NCBI RefSeq assembly: GCF_009914755.1
Contig: NC_060940.1
Length of the DNA: 64,000 bases
Strand: one strand, 5' to 3'
Origin: the human T2T-CHM13v2.0 reference genome, Homo sapiens
In this document: piece by piece, positions 61,920-64,000 of the stretch
Numbering within the stretch: the first letter of the stretch is position 1
Layout of the letters: every line of letters begins with the position of its first letter
Notes under the pieces: model-generated
Seen by the model: the letters and a program-made list of their open reading frames with translations, nothing else
What the model was told of the DNA's origin: nothing
Databases searched by the model: none
Program-made: the position numbers and the translations under genes

Positions 61920-63470
61920 GAGTTGCAAAAGACTACTTTAATGTTCATATGGAACCAAAAAAGAGCCCACATTGCCAAGACAATCCTAAGCCCAATGAAC
62001 AAAGCTGGAGGCATCATGCTACCTGACTTCAAACTATACTACAAGGCTACAGTAACCAAAACAGCCTGGTACTGCTACCGAAACAGACATATAGACCAAT
62101 GGAACAGAACAGAGCCCTCAGAAATAATACCACACATCTACAACCATCTGATCTTTGACAAACCTGACAAAAACAAGAAATGCAGAAAGGATTCCCTACT
62201 TAATAAATAGTGCTGGGAAAACTGGCTAGCCCTATGTAGAAAGCTGAAACTGGATCCCTTCCTTACACCTTATACAAAAATTAATTCAAGATGGATTAAA
62301 GACTTAAATGTTAGACCTAAAGCCGTAAAAACCCTAGAAGAAAACCTAGGCAATACTATTCAGGACATAGGGATGGGCAAGGACTTCATGTCTAAAACAC
62401 CAAAAGCAATGGCAACAGAAGCCAAAACTGACAAATGGGTTCTAATTAAACTAAAGAGCTTCTGCACAGCAAAAGAAACTAGGATCAGTGTGAACAGGCA
62501 ACCTACAGAATGGGAGAAAATTTTTGCCATCTACTTGTCTGACAAAAGGCTAATATCCAGAATCTACAAAGACCACCAACAAATTTACAAGAAAAAAAAC
62601 AAACCCCATCAAAAAGTGGGCAAAGCATATGAACAGACACTTCTCAAAAGAAGACATTTATGCAGCCAACAGACACATGAAAAAATGCTCATCATCACTG
62701 GCCATCAGAGAAATGCAAATCAAAACCACAATGAGATATCATCTCACACCAGTTAGAATGGCGATCATTAAAAAGTCAGGAAACAACAGGTGCTGGAGAG
62801 GATGTGGAGAAATAGGAACACTTTTACACGGTTGGTGGGACTGTAAACTGGTTCAACCATTGTGGAAAACAGTGTGGCGATTCCTCAGGGATCTAGAACT
62901 AGAAATACCATTTGACCCAGCCATCCCATTACTGGATACATACCCAAAGCATTATAAATCATGCTGCTATAAAGACACATGCACACATATGTTTATCGCG
63001 GCAATATTCACGATAGCGAAGACTTGGAACCAACACAAATGTCCATCAATGATAGACTGGATTAAGAAAATGTGGCACAGATACACCATGGAGTACTATG
63101 CAGCCATAAAAAAGGATGAGTTCATGTCCTTTGTAGAGACATGGATGAAGCTGGAAACGATCACTCTCAGCAAACTATCACAAGGACAAAAAACCAAACA
63201 CCGCATGTTCTCACTCACAGATGGGAACTGAACAATGAGAACACTTGGACACAGGAAGGGGAACATCACACACTGGGGCCTCTTGTGTGGTGGGGGAGGG
63301 GGAAGGGATAGCAGTAGGAGATACACCTAATGTAAATGACGAGTTAATGGGTGCAGTACACCAACATGGCACATGTATACATATGTAACAAACCTGCACA
63401 TTGTGTACATGTACCCTATAACTTAAAGTATAATTTTAAAAAATAAGTAAATAAATAAATAAAAAAAGAA
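61920..63470 (+). mobile_element. 5'-truncated primate L1PA: disrupted ORF2 C-terminus, 3' UTR and A tail
   Basis: ORFs 61923..62210, 62373..62756 and 62629..63231 are ORF2 pieces ([28 protein letters not shown]) broken by TAG at 62208 and a frameshift; G-rich UTR and A-rich tail follow. Confidence 0.97.
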
Positions 63471-64000
63471 ACAATTGCTGGCTTTGCAATTCTCTTTCCT
63501 CCAAAATCGCCAAGGCCTCAATTTACTCATTGCTGAAAAAGGACGACTCTGTATATTTTTAAATGAAGAGTGTTGTTTTTACCTAAATCACTCTGGCCTG
63601 GTATATGACAACATAAAAAAACTCAAGGATAGAGTCCAAAAACTTGCCAACCAAGCAAATAATTATGCTGAACCCCCTTGGGCACTCTCTTAATTGGATG
63701 TCCTGGGTCCTCCCAATTCTTAGTCCTTTAATACCTGTTTTTCTCCTTCTCTTATTCGGACCGTGTGTCTTCTGTTTAGTTTCTCAATTCATACAAAACC
63801 GTATCCAGGCCATCACCAATAATTCTATATGACAAATGCTCCTTCTAACAACCCCACAGTATCAGCCCTTACCCCAAAATCTTTCTTCAGTTGAATCTCT
63901 CCCACTGTAGGTTCCCAGGCCGCCCCTAATCCCGCTCGAAGCAGCCCTGAGAAACATCGCCCATTATCTCTCCACATCACCCCCAAAAATTTTCGCCACC
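63471..64000 (+). mobile_element. HERV-H internal 3' segment with defective env TM region; runs off the window
   Basis: LQNRQGLNLLIAEKGRLCIFLNEECCFYLN (ISD plus CX6CC), then NWMSWVLPILSPLIPVFLLLLFGPC after a +1 shift near 63691; TGA at 63830. Confidence 0.9.

Noticed and set aside
62373-63832. Functional L1 ORF2 or a domesticated syncytin-like env
   Set aside because: Both are truncated, with stops and frameshifts.

Overview
Human (or great-ape) DNA from a chromosome 16 segmental-duplication mosaic built around the LCR16a core duplicon; the best assignment is the 16p11.2 SNX29P2-NPIPB11 locus. Left (+): four exons of a partial SNX29 duplicate, one with a frameshift in the RUN domain, that can splice to an exonised Alu and give a 249-aa ORF. 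At 26.3 kb: an orphan PLA2G10 catalytic exon with a dead donor. Centre (-): a complete NPIPB gene (7 coding exons, 1077 aa by my splice model). Read at base level, this gene is assembled from borrowed parts. It has three interchangeable phase-0 first coding exons: one ACSM1-derived, whose ATG sits on a killed splice acceptor, the NPIPA-type MFCC exon, and a signal-peptide-like exon. It also has a silenced ancestral 108-nt exon and a 126-nt coding VNTR that is open in two frames and switches frame and back. Its C-terminal NLS-like repeats, stop codon and poly(A) signal come from one Alu arm. The rest is Alu-saturated, with nested LTRs (THE1, MER41), MER DNA transposons, L1 fragments and a HERV-H env remnant at the right edge. 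Most supplied ORFs are Alu artefacts. Paralog names and parent-gene comparisons rest on recalled sequences, not on a search; repeat boundaries are approximate.
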